Source: a virus | Virus record (IMG/VR): IMGVR_UViG_3300017917_004222 | Span: 64,001 to 128,000 of that record | Length of the DNA stretch: 64,000 nt | Reading direction: 5' to 3' (one strand) | The notes under the pieces: generated by a model | Database searches by the model: none | What the model was told of the DNA's origin: nothing | What the model saw: the letters and a program-made list of their open reading frames with translations, nothing else | Position numbers and translations under genes: made by a program | Shown: positions 48,873-58,530 of the stretch, in pieces | Numbering within the stretch: the stretch's first letter is position 1 | Layout: every line of letters starts with the position of its first letter

Positions 48873-48880
48873 TATAAATA
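48873..48880 (+). promoter_or_regulatory. T4-type late promoter TATAAATA
   Basis: Exact consensus, 4 nt before ATG 48885. Confidence 0.8.
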
Positions 48881-48884
48881 TAGG

Positions 48885-49382
48885 ATGACTTTATCCAACA
48901 AACGACTCGAACAATTGTTTGATCTGCCTCCCACAGAGTCAACTGATCAGGACAATGCACCTGCGCTGCCGCCCTCAACTGAGACTATCGAAGCCATTGA
49001 CCAAGCCATTGACAAGATCGACAGTGCATTGCCTGCAGTGCGCGGTCTAGATGCCAGTGACAGTGAGATGGACGAATTGGCGCAGTTGGCCACTGGCAGC
49101 TACAAAGATCTCATGGAGCTAGGCATGCAAGTTGACTCGAGATTTGCGTCAGACATATTCAGCGTGGCATCCAACATGCTGGGTCATGCCATCACTGCCA
49201 AAACAGCCAAGCTGGACAAAAAGCTCAAAATGATTGACCTGCAGTTGAAAAAGGCTCGTCTGGATCAATCACAGCCGGAAGGTGCTGCACAGCCGCAGCA
49301 GGGCACTGGTCATGTGCTGAGTCGCAATGAACTGTTGGAAAAAATACTGGCCGGTACCCGTCAAAACGGTACAAATGAATAA
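48885..49382 (+). CDS. Putative terminase small subunit (gp16-like)
   Basis: Size, helical content and ..SRNELL C-terminus; inference. Confidence 0.5.
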   Translation: MTLSNKRLEQLFDLPPTESTDQDNAPALPPSTETIEAIDQAIDKIDSALPAVRGLDASDSEMDELAQLATGSYKDLMELGMQVDSRFASDIFSVASNMLGHAITAKTAKLDKKLKMIDLQLKKARLDQSQPEGAAQPQQGTGHVLSRNELLEKILAGTRQNGTNE

Positions 49383-49402
49383 ATATAAAACAGGATACTG
49401 AT

Positions 49403-50011
49403 ATGAAACCATTTGCAAAATATCTTGCCGAGAGCGAACGCACATACGATTACAGGATCAAAATCCTGGGCCGTGTCGGCGACGATCTTGTGCGACAACT
49501 CAAACAAAAACTGGCACAATTTGATCCAGTCTCGGTGGGGGAGTTGAAATCAACTCCCATACAAAAAGTACCTACCGATTTCCCGGGCAGTCAAAACGAA
49601 GCAGTGAGCATGTTTGACGTCAAGTTCAAGTATCCTGCAATTGACGCACAGATCAAACAGTTGTGGCAGTTGCTGGGCCAGAACCCCAACCACATCATCA
49701 TGGGCACGGTCAAGCATGCTGAAGGTCTTGCAAAAGAATATCAACGCATCGAAGATGAAAACAAAGACCTGATCAACGATACTGATTACCCCGAACCCGA
49801 TAGCGAGCAAAAATCACTCAGCCGTGACTATGCTGCAGAACCGCATGACCATGTGGTACTAAAAAATGCTTATCGAAGTGATTTCACCATTGCCGGCGGC
49901 CGCACTCCTGCTGCCAAAACCACCAATGACATTGCGCAAGGTACCAAGAGTCCAATGACCAATGTCAAGCGTCCAGCCAAGCCAGCTACTGGCCGTAACC
50001 CAAGAGGATAA
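49403..50011 (+). CDS. Putative internal head protein
   Basis: N-terminal MKPFAKYLAE resembles the T4 capsid-targeting sequence. Confidence 0.55.
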   Translation: MKPFAKYLAESERTYDYRIKILGRVGDDLVRQLKQKLAQFDPVSVGELKSTPIQKVPTDFPGSQNEAVSMFDVKFKYPAIDAQIKQLWQLLGQNPNHIIMGTVKHAEGLAKEYQRIEDENKDLINDTDYPEPDSEQKSLSRDYAAEPHDHVVLKNAYRSDFTIAGGRTPAAKTTNDIAQGTKSPMTNVKRPAKPATGRNPRG

Positions 50012-50016
50012 ACCAA

Positions 50017-52521
50017 ATGTCATTTTTTTACGATCTCAACAAAAAACTACAGCAAGTGCTGGAATCCCCCAAGAGCGAGCACAAACAACTGAACGAGGGC
50101 TGGAAGGGCGGCGCAGCTGGTGCTGGCGTGGGTGCAGTGGCTGGCGGGCCAGTTGGTGCTGCCATTGGCTCGGTGCTGGGCGACAAAATTGGCGATGAGC
50201 TGGGCGAAACTGGCTACAGCGCCCGGGCAGCCAGTGCTGGACGAGACATTGGCAAACCCGGCAAGAACTTTGCCAAAATTGCCAAAAGTGCTGGCGAGCG
50301 CTACGGCTCTAAAGAACGCGGCGAAGCTGTGGCAGGCGCTGTGCTCAAGAAGCTGCGAGCCAAAAACGAAGGTGTTGATTCTGACGCTGGCGATGACAAC
50401 CGAGTGTCCACAGTGGTCCGACTGTTGAAGCGATTGCTGACTTCGGAAGCACTACGTGACGCCTACGACATTGGCGAAGATGATGTGTTCCAAATTGAAG
50501 AGCTGGCAGCTGCATTGGAAAACAATGACATGGAAGCAGCACAAGACGCATGGAGCGTGTTTGATGTGAACGAGCTGGACAATGCATTGGACAGTTATGT
50601 GGCCGACAATGGGCTCGAAACCGGTTACTTGTTTGACCTACTGGGCCACAATGTGAACGAAGGCTCCAAAGTTCCAACAGACTGGATGGGAGTCCCTACT
50701 AAGCTGGGCAAAAATGACAAGAAGCCAATCCAGTTCCCAGCAGGGTATGATGAATATATCAAGCAGGGTGCCAAGCATGGATTCCAAGATGATCCCAACA
50801 ATCCTCTGCGTAAACGAGTCAAAAAAGCAGGCGTAGCAGAAGGCCGCCATACTCAATCCAACGCACTGGAACTGAACCCTGACCTCCGGGCCCAGGCCAA
50901 CAAGCCCACAGTGGCCGGCCGCATTGGCAGCGCAGCCAAGCGGGTGGCAAACGCCATCACTGGTGGCAGCGATGAAGACGCCAAGAATCGTTTGCTGAAC
51001 CGCATGGGCGGCCGCCGCACTCCCCTGGCACGTGATGACATGTCCGAAGCCACTAAAGAAATCCCGGGCGGTCGTCGTCACACATCTGAGCCAGGTGGCT
51101 ACGGTCGCAAGGACGACGACGAAGCCCCCAAGGCAAAAACTCAGCGTGGTCGTGGTCGTCCCAAGAAGGGCGGCGACAGCGAAACAGGTGAAGTCAAGAA
51201 GTACGACTGGAGCGCATTTGGTGCAACTGGCAAGGATGTCAAGTTGCCCAAGCACTCGGGTACCGTTACCAAGCACAAAATGAGCGACGAAGAACCCAAA
51301 AAGAAAGTCAAAGAAGCCACCAAGGAAATCCCAGGTGGACGTCGTCACACTGCTGATGCAGGCGGCTATGGTCGCCGAGACGACGAAGATGACAAGGGCA
51401 AGCGAGTCGCAGCTCAAGTCAAACGTGGCCGTGGTCGTCCCAAGAAGGGCGGCGATAGCGAAACAGGCGAAGTCAAGAAATATGACTGGAGCGCATTTGG
51501 CGCCACAGGCAAAGAAGTCAAACTGCCCAAGCACAAGGGCAATGTTACTCGGCACAAGATGGACGAGGCTGTGAGTGAAGATGATCTTGCAGTTCTTGAA
51601 CGACTCATGGACCAGGCGTTTGCCGAAGGCAACACTGCCCTAGGCAATGATATTCAGGGTGTGATCGAGCGCATCCAGGGCGATCAAGACGAAGGCCAAT
51701 ACGATGACGAGCCGGTGAACGAAAAAGCTGTGAGTAAAAAGCAGCAACGGTTCATGGGCATGGTGCATGCTGCACAAAAAGGTGAAAAGCCTGCGTCAAA
51801 AGAAGTGGCCAAAGTGGCCAAGGAAATGCCCAAGAAGGAAGCTGAAAAGTTTGCCAAGACCAAACAAAAAGGCCTGCCCGAGAAAAAACAAGCCACTGAC
51901 GAAACATCAGACAGCAAGCCAGCCAAAGGCGGCATGACTTTTGGCAAGGGCATTTATGACAGCATGAATCGTGAGCTAGAGAGCATGATTGCTGAAAGCA
52001 TGAGTGTTAACTTGAGCATGAATGATGACGGCCATGGCGGTCCACGCCGCAGCCTCACAGTGACTGCCACTGACGACGATGCAACCAAGCTGGCTGAACT
52101 ACTGAAAATGGCTGGCATTGGCGACGAATCATCTGCTGAGTCAAGTGACTGTGGCTGCGACGAGCTTGAGGAAAACCAAGCCGATTGGCCAACTGATGCT
52201 GAAACCAGCAATGATCCGTTCCAGTACTCGGGAGGACTCAATGGTCCCAAGAGCACAGGACAGACCACTGGTGCTCCGTTCAACCGTCAACCGCAGCGCC
52301 AGGGCGCCATGGTAGACGAAGAGGACGAATTGGCTCGCATGATGGAAATGGCTGGTGTCAAGAAAGGCAGCAAGCCCGACTATGTTGACCTTGACAAAGA
52401 CGGCAACAAAACCGAGCCCATGAAGCAAGCGGCCAAAGACGCCAAGGAAGACAGTGCAGATCAAGTGGACGAAGGCATCCTCGGCGCCACTCGCAATCTG
52501 TGGAAAACCTATCAAGGCTGA
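50017..52521 (+). CDS. Modular putative internal head polyprotein with two AT-hook modules
   Basis: Many x-x-E|G/A junctions; duplicated module containing RGRGRPKK. Confidence 0.65.
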   Translation: MSFFYDLNKKLQQVLESPKSEHKQLNEGWKGGAAGAGVGAVAGGPVGAAIGSVLGDKIGDELGETGYSARAASAGRDIGKPGKNFAKIAKSAGERYGSKERGEAVAGAVLKKLRAKNEGVDSDAGDDNRVSTVVRLLKRLLTSEALRDAYDIGEDDVFQIEELAAALENNDMEAAQDAWSVFDVNELDNALDSYVADNGLETGYLFDLLGHNVNEGSKVPTDWMGVPTKLGKNDKKPIQFPAGYDEYIKQGAKHGFQDDPNNPLRKRVKKAGVAEGRHTQSNALELNPDLRAQANKPTVAGRIGSAAKRVANAITGGSDEDAKNRLLNRMGGRRTPLARDDMSEATKEIPGGRRHTSEPGGYGRKDDDEAPKAKTQRGRGRPKKGGDSETGEVKKYDWSAFGATGKDVKLPKHSGTVTKHKMSDEEPKKKVKEATKEIPGGRRHTADAGGYGRRDDEDDKGKRVAAQVKRGRGRPKKGGDSETGEVKKYDWSAFGATGKEVKLPKHKGNVTRHKMDEAVSEDDLAVLERLMDQAFAEGNTALGNDIQGVIERIQGDQDEGQYDDEPVNEKAVSKKQQRFMGMVHAAQKGEKPASKEVAKVAKEMPKKEAEKFAKTKQKGLPEKKQATDETSDSKPAKGGMTFGKGIYDSMNRELESMIAESMSVNLSMNDDGHGGPRRSLTVTATDDDATKLAELLKMAGIGDESSAESSDCGCDELEENQADWPTDAETSNDPFQYSGGLNGPKSTGQTTGAPFNRQPQRQGAMVDEEDELARMMEMAGVKKGSKPDYVDLDKDGNKTEPMKQAAKDAKEDSADQVDEGILGATRNLWKTYQG

Positions 52522-52523
52522 TC

Positions 52524-54167
52524 ATGAAATCATTTCGCGAACATCTAAGAGAGACACAAGAAACATTTGATCGCCCGGCAACGGGCGATGACTTCGCCAT
52601 CAACATTCGTGAAGAATGCTTGATCGAAACCTATGTGGTCGACGAGACAGCCGACGGCATTGTGCTGCATGCTGACGAGCGCATGATGCGATTGCTAGAA
52701 TCTTACGGTTACGTGCAAGAAGGTGGCGTCAAGGAAATGTTGATTGGTGCTGCCGAGCGCATGACACTTGATGAGTTCATTGATGCCTACGGCAGCCAGT
52801 TTGGACCCGACGAAGCAGAAGAATTCTGGCACACTGTGAACGACGAAAATGAAGTTGAACAGTCTGGTCCGGGACACTGGATGCACGAGGAAACTTTTGT
52901 TGCGGCAAACAGTGATGGTATATCACACCAGGATGCTGGCGAGTACGATTACGAAGGCGACATGGCCAAGGATGACTTGAGCACAATCATTCGTGCTGCT
53001 CGTCGACTCACAGGCATGCTGGACGACAACGAAAACATGCCCGAGTGGGTGCAGAGCAAAATCAACAAAGCCGCTGACTATGTGGACACAGCCGCCGATT
53101 ACATCGAGTCCAACAAAGAACGCGGTGTCATGGAAGGCGGTGATCCTGCAACTTACCGGGCAAAAGCCCAAGAGGCACACGCCAAATATCTCAAGTACGA
53201 AGACTTGGTTGATCAGGAGTTGAGAAAACTAGGTGAGCGTCTGCCTCGGTCCTGGGATGCCAACGCCTTTCAAAACAAGTTGTCCAGCGACCCCAAGTAT
53301 GCCCAGGCCTTGAAGTATTACAAACTCAGCGAAAAATTTGGCGGCCTAGCCGTTCGTTATAAAGAACTGTCCAAGAAGCGGGGCATGGCAGAAGGTCAGT
53401 TGGCCAACCCAGACAACCAAGACTCGCCTGTGGCCCGAGCAATCACACACCGCATCCTTATGCAACACACTGGCCTGTTGGCCAAATACGGCCCCGAGCG
53501 GGTCATGGACGCTGTGGATGAAGTGGCTGATTTTGTCGGCGATGTAGAAGAAATTGGGTCAAGCGATGTGTCGGGCTGGGTGCGTCATGTGGAACAGATG
53601 CTGACCAACATGCCCGACAGCTTGGATGAACAATATGGCGACGAGTTTGACAACGAAGAGGACGAAGAAGACGAAGCAAACGGATTCTACGTGGTAATTG
53701 CCAGCGAAACCAATGGCGTGTTTATTGGCCAAGTGATCAAGGACGGCAGCAAGTGGCGCGAAATGGGCGGGGTTGGTAAACAGCCCTACAGCTGGGGCGG
53801 AAACTACATGGGCTATCTTTCCCCGGATGACGTGATCAGCTGGATACGTAAAGACTACCGCAATGCTGAGGTGGACGGCCCGTTCTCAAGCGAGGACGAA
53901 GCACAACAAGCTGCTGACAATTTGAGCGAAGCCAAATACCAAGGACGTGAAGTTCCACTAGGCAAACCCATGCAGGGCGATGTCAAGAAGAGCAAAGTCT
54001 ACGTCCGCGGACCCAAGGGCAACGTGGTCAAGGTCAACTTTGGCGACCCCAACATGCGCATCAAGAAAAGCAACCCCGAGCGTCGCAAGAACTTCCGTGC
54101 GCGCCACAACTGCGACAATCCAGGTCCACGTTGGAAAGCACGCTACTGGAGTTGCCGCGCCTGGTAA
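52524..54167 (+). CDS. Modular putative internal head polyprotein
   Basis: MKSFREHLRE start; GVME|G, GMAE|G, LDE|Q and LSE|A junctions; C-terminal FRARHNC..ARYWSC module. Confidence 0.65.
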   Translation: MKSFREHLRETQETFDRPATGDDFAINIREECLIETYVVDETADGIVLHADERMMRLLESYGYVQEGGVKEMLIGAAERMTLDEFIDAYGSQFGPDEAEEFWHTVNDENEVEQSGPGHWMHEETFVAANSDGISHQDAGEYDYEGDMAKDDLSTIIRAARRLTGMLDDNENMPEWVQSKINKAADYVDTAADYIESNKERGVMEGGDPATYRAKAQEAHAKYLKYEDLVDQELRKLGERLPRSWDANAFQNKLSSDPKYAQALKYYKLSEKFGGLAVRYKELSKKRGMAEGQLANPDNQDSPVARAITHRILMQHTGLLAKYGPERVMDAVDEVADFVGDVEEIGSSDVSGWVRHVEQMLTNMPDSLDEQYGDEFDNEEDEEDEANGFYVVIASETNGVFIGQVIKDGSKWREMGGVGKQPYSWGGNYMGYLSPDDVISWIRKDYRNAEVDGPFSSEDEAQQAADNLSEAKYQGREVPLGKPMQGDVKKSKVYVRGPKGNVVKVNFGDPNMRIKKSNPERRKNFRARHNCDNPGPRWKARYWSCRAW

Positions 54168-54177
54168 GGAGAAACAC

Positions 54178-54348
54178 ATGGAACATTACAAACCCTACAA
54201 CCCTGCACCACTCACAACACCTCCGGTGCAAAACCCGCACTCGCCTGCTGGCAGCGGATATCGTCAACAGCCAGTGAACATCCCGGGTGTGCTGGACCAA
54301 ACACGAAACATGTTTCAACCATACCAACCCAAGGATCCTAACAAATGA
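54178..54348 (+). CDS. Small Pro-rich protein
   Basis: SD AAGGAG; ATGA coupling to the next gene. Confidence 0.6.
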   Translation: MEHYKPYNPAPLTTPPVQNPHSPAGSGYRQQPVNIPGVLDQTRNMFQPYQPKDPNK

Positions 54349-54632
54349 GCAGTCAAGCCAACGTTTACACCTCGGTCAGCAGCCAAACTTGGTTCACTGA
54401 CAAAGTTTTGATATCAACTGGCAACACCGCAGTCACATACAACGTGGCTCTGGCCCCAGCTTTCTCCGACACCATTTATTCCAATGCTGTGAGCGTGCCG
54501 GCATTTGACAGCACCTATGCCTATGTTGGTGTGGGCAACAAGCTCACTATCACTGGCAGCAATTTCACAGCAGCCGAAGCTGGCACAGCATCGTCGGGCA
54601 CAGCCGGTGTGTCGGGCGGCGGCAGCTACTAA
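54345..54632 (+). CDS. Hypothetical virion protein
   Basis: Operon context. Confidence 0.6.
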   Translation: MSSQANVYTSVSSQTWFTDKVLISTGNTAVTYNVALAPAFSDTIYSNAVSVPAFDSTYAYVGVGNKLTITGSNFTAAEAGTASSGTAGVSGGGSY

Positions 54633-54638
54633 GGAGTC

Positions 54639-55016
54639 ATGGTGCGAGCAAGAGAATTTTTAGGCGAAGAAAAGGTTGGAAAAATTTCCAAACGACTGCA
54701 ATCGGCCACCCGCGGTCTCAACAAGTTTAGAGACCGCTCATTCTCTGACCGCGTGTACGAACTGAACCGTGTGATGATGGCAGCCGCATGCAACGACGGT
54801 GATGATTTTGCCCATCCAGTTGACGCTGAATCCTGGGCTGGACGCCACGACATTGCGGCACCTTATACCGAGGTTGAGCAACGCATGCTGGAAAAAGCAT
54901 ACAAGGCTGTTGGATCTTTGTATCAAGACATCAACCACGGCAACATGGACAGTGAAGAGCACCCAGCTGTGAACAAAACAAGTCCTATAAATAGTTTCAA
55001 AGGATACCCAAGATGA
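54639..55016 (+). CDS. Hypothetical protein
   Basis: SD AAGGAG; MVRAREFLGE start. Confidence 0.65.
   Translation: MVRAREFLGEEKVGKISKRLQSATRGLNKFRDRSFSDRVYELNRVMMAAACNDGDDFAHPVDAESWAGRHDIAAPYTEVEQRMLEKAYKAVGSLYQDINHGNMDSEEHPAVNKTSPINSFKGYPR
54986..54993 (+). promoter_or_regulatory. T4-type late promoter TATAAATA
   Basis: Exact consensus upstream of 55013. Confidence 0.7.
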
Positions 55017-55393
55017 AAATTGCTGAAGTGCTTAGAGCATTGCTTGATGTTATTGATCGTGCAGAAGTTGCTGGCTCAGTGCCACAAATGCGCAACGATG
55101 TGCAGAATCTGTCAAGTCCAGAACAGGTAGAACCTGCCAATGTTGAAGACCCGCACGACCTGTTCATGCCCCCTTTGCAAATGAAACTGGAACTGTTGAA
55201 AAAAGCAGTGGGTGTGGAAAACGTGTACGATGATGGTACCGATGCTGATCGTGATGAATGCAACGAAGTTGGTGATCCCAGTAGTGAAACCGAAACTGAC
55301 TTTGAAGTGGAATTGAACAACATCAAAAAAGCTGCAGGTATCAATCCTGTGGTGCTATCTGATCTTGGCGACGATGAGCCATTGGACAACTGA
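55013..55393 (+). CDS. Acidic hypothetical protein
   Basis: PPLQMKLELLKK, LNNIKKAAGI. Confidence 0.65.
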   Translation: MKIAEVLRALLDVIDRAEVAGSVPQMRNDVQNLSSPEQVEPANVEDPHDLFMPPLQMKLELLKKAVGVENVYDDGTDADRDECNEVGDPSSETETDFEVELNNIKKAAGINPVVLSDLGDDEPLDN

Positions 55394-55398
55394 TACAC

Positions 55399-56889
55399 AT
55401 GGCCATTCAGAATTTCTTTACCAGTCGCGACAACAAACTTGACGGCAACACGTATGTGGGGCAGTTGGGTCGCCTTTGGTACAACCCCGATACCAACAGC
55501 ATATATGCCAGCGATGGCAGCACCGTGGGCGGAATCCCAGTAGCGCTGGCCACCAACGCCAACATCTTGGCCAACAATATCACTGTGAGCACAGTGACGT
55601 CCACCAGTGGCAACATCACCGTCAACGGCAACTTGGTCATCAATGGCAACATTTCGCCAGCCACCGACGTCAAGATTGGCGGCATCAAGGCCGGCCCAGG
55701 CGCCAACATATCAAATGATGGCACACTCACGATTGATACCACTGGCTTGCCACTCAGCTTTGGCAACTTCACAGCCAACAACAACATACTCACTATTGTC
55801 AACGTAGACGAGGACATGATTCTCGAAACTTCGGGCAATGCCGAAATACAATTGGTGGGCAACATCGGGTTCTACAAACCCAACGGTGGCGGAGTTCCTG
55901 AACCCAGTGCAAAATATTTCTTTGCCCGAGACGATGGGCAGATTACTATCTTGGTTCCTGTCGAAGACCCATTTTTGGGCGCAGTGGAGATCATAGGATC
56001 TTCCACAGGCAATGTTATATCGCCTGGCGCGCCTGGCGCCATGCTGCATCTCACTGGCAATCCTAGTGTACCAACTCGCCTGTACATGGACGGCAACAAC
56101 AGCTATGCCAGTATTGTGGGCCGCCGTTGGAACGGAAATGTAGCCACGCCCACACAGGTTTTGGCCGGCCAAGATGTGTTGCGTATCAATGCCACCGCAG
56201 CCACTGATGCAGGCAGCAGCAATGTGGGCAACGTGGCATTTGCTCAAGTGCGTATGACAGCCTTGGAAACCCAAACTGCCGCAGCACAGGGTTCACAAAT
56301 AGTGTTTACAGTGACTCCGGTGGGGCAGCCTGCTACCAGTCGTGTGGATGTGGCCAACATCACAGTGGCTGATGGAGTATGGGCTACTAAGTTTACCACC
56401 ACAGGCAATGTGTCAGCGGCCAATGCCATAATCTCGGGCAACATTTCGGTTGCCGGCAGCATTCTAGGCAATGCAGTGACCACCACCGCCACAATTGGGA
56501 CTGGCAACATCACCACATTGAATGTGAGCGGCAACGCCACTGTGGGCGGCAACATTCGTTACAACATTGCCAACAACAACGCCACGGTGACTCAGGCCAC
56601 CAGCAAGGCCACTGCAGTGACCTGCAACGGCAGGACTGGCCAAATCACCACCAGCAACAGCTCAATCGCCAAGGGCGAAGCAATTACATTCACTGTGAAC
56701 AACAGTTACATCACAGCAGCAACCGACGTTCCTGTTGTGGTTTTGCAGTCTGGTGCCACCGCCAACAGTTACTCAGTGTCGGTCACGCGGGTTCAGCCCG
56801 GCAGTTTTGCCATCACATTGGTCAACAACGGCACAGGCCCTTTGTCTGATACCATTGTCATCAACTTTGCTGTGATCAAGGTGAGCTAA
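55399..56889 (+). CDS. Fibre/decoration-like structural protein
   Basis: YVGQLGRLWY..SDGSTVGG; IGGIKAG; VTQATSKATAV. Confidence 0.65.
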   Translation: MAIQNFFTSRDNKLDGNTYVGQLGRLWYNPDTNSIYASDGSTVGGIPVALATNANILANNITVSTVTSTSGNITVNGNLVINGNISPATDVKIGGIKAGPGANISNDGTLTIDTTGLPLSFGNFTANNNILTIVNVDEDMILETSGNAEIQLVGNIGFYKPNGGGVPEPSAKYFFARDDGQITILVPVEDPFLGAVEIIGSSTGNVISPGAPGAMLHLTGNPSVPTRLYMDGNNSYASIVGRRWNGNVATPTQVLAGQDVLRINATAATDAGSSNVGNVAFAQVRMTALETQTAAAQGSQIVFTVTPVGQPATSRVDVANITVADGVWATKFTTTGNVSAANAIISGNISVAGSILGNAVTTTATIGTGNITTLNVSGNATVGGNIRYNIANNNATVTQATSKATAVTCNGRTGQITTSNSSIAKGEAITFTVNNSYITAATDVPVVVLQSGATANSYSVSVTRVQPGSFAITLVNNGTGPLSDTIVINFAVIKVS

Positions 56890-56933
56890 ATTGCTCACTG
56901 GGCAGCAGCCCTAGCACACGTTTGGAGATTCTC

Positions 56934-58520
56934 ATGATCGCTAACAAAGCCAGTTCACTAGAAACGGTATTGGTCAAAACCCCACACCGTCGTGAAACCT
57001 ATACAGACCAAGAATTGATGGAGTTTGCCCGATGTGCAGACCCAGTCAACGGCCCCATGTATTTCATGGACCACTACTTTCACATTCAGCATCCCACACG
57101 TGGCAAGATGCTGTATCAGCCGTTTCCGTACCAAAAAAAGCTGATTGAAACCTATCACCGTTATCGCTACAGCATCAGTCTCATGCCGCGACAGACTGGT
57201 AAATCAACATCAGCTGCAGGCTATCTGTTGTGGTACGCCATGTTTGTGCCCGACAGCACCATTCTCATTGCGGCACACAAGTACACAGGTTCACAAGAAA
57301 TCATGCAGCGCATTCGATTTGCCTACGAGCTGTGCCCCAACCACATACGTGCAGGTTGTACCAGTTACAACAAAGGCAGCTTGGAATTTGAGAACGGCAG
57401 TCGTATTGTGTCGGCCACCACAACAGAAAACACTGGTCGTGGTATGAGTATTTCGCTGTTGTACGCTGACGAATTTGCGTTTGTGCGACCCACCATTGCG
57501 CAAGAGTTCTGGACTTCTATTTCGCCCACGCTGGCCACAGGTGGTAAGGCCATCATCACATCAACTCCCAACAGTGACGAAGACAAGTTTGCTGAGATTT
57601 GGAAAAGCGCCAACAAGTGTCTTGACGAAAACGGCAACACCACTGAACTGGGCATCAACGGCTTCAAGGCTTATCGTGCTTACTGGAATGAACATCCGGA
57701 TCGTGATGAAAAGTGGGCTGCAGAGCAGCGGGCTCAGCTGGGCGAAGAACGTTTTCGTCGTGAGATGGATTGCGAATTTGTTATCAATGATGAGACCTTG
57801 ATTTCGCCTATCAAACTGTTGGATCTTGAGGGCGTGGAACCTCGATACAAAACCGGACAGGTGCGCTGGTACAAACCATTGTCCAAGGACCGGATGTACA
57901 TTGTGGCCCTGGATCCCAGCCTGGGCACTGGCGGCGACCCAGCAGCCATACAAGTGTTTGAAGCTGAAACAACCGAACAGGTGGCCGAGTGGAAACACAA
58001 TCGAACTGACATTCCCACGCAGATTCGCATCATGGCCGACATAGTGAAAGAAATCCACGACGTGGTCAAGGACAGCAAAAAAATCTACTACAGTGTGGAA
58101 AACAATACCCTGGGCGAAGCTGCACTGATATCTATTGCTGAGTACGGGGAAGAAAGCATTCCGGGATACTTTCTAAGTGACAACTCGGTCACAGGCTCGG
58201 GAACTCAACGATTCCGCAAAGGCTTTAACACCACCCACAAGGCCAAGGTCACTGCCTGTAACAAGTTCAAGATTCTTGTGGAATCGGGGCGTATGAAACT
58301 GCACAGCAAGCCCTTGATCAGCGAACTCAAAAACTTCGTGGCCAAGGGCAACAGTTTTGCTGCCAAACCTGGCGAGACTGACGACCTTGTGATGGCCAGC
58401 CTCTTGATTATTCGCATGTTGATGTTGTTGCAAACTTACCATGCCGAATTGGACCAGCACATCAAAGATCACAATGATGTCATTGTGGAACCTTTTCCCT
58501 TTATATCTGTCATGCGCTAA
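56934..58520 (+). CDS. gp17: Terminase large subunit
   Basis: PRQTGKST Walker A, LLYADEFAF Walker B, IITSTPN, ALDPS, DDLVM. Confidence 0.95.
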   Translation: MIANKASSLETVLVKTPHRRETYTDQELMEFARCADPVNGPMYFMDHYFHIQHPTRGKMLYQPFPYQKKLIETYHRYRYSISLMPRQTGKSTSAAGYLLWYAMFVPDSTILIAAHKYTGSQEIMQRIRFAYELCPNHIRAGCTSYNKGSLEFENGSRIVSATTTENTGRGMSISLLYADEFAFVRPTIAQEFWTSISPTLATGGKAIITSTPNSDEDKFAEIWKSANKCLDENGNTTELGINGFKAYRAYWNEHPDRDEKWAAEQRAQLGEERFRREMDCEFVINDETLISPIKLLDLEGVEPRYKTGQVRWYKPLSKDRMYIVALDPSLGTGGDPAAIQVFEAETTEQVAEWKHNRTDIPTQIRIMADIVKEIHDVVKDSKKIYYSVENNTLGEAALISIAEYGEESIPGYFLSDNSVTGSGTQRFRKGFNTTHKAKVTACNKFKILVESGRMKLHSKPLISELKNFVAKGNSFAAKPGETDDLVMASLLIIRMLMLLQTYHAELDQHIKDHNDVIVEPFPFISVMR

Positions 58521-58530
58521 ATAACTGACT

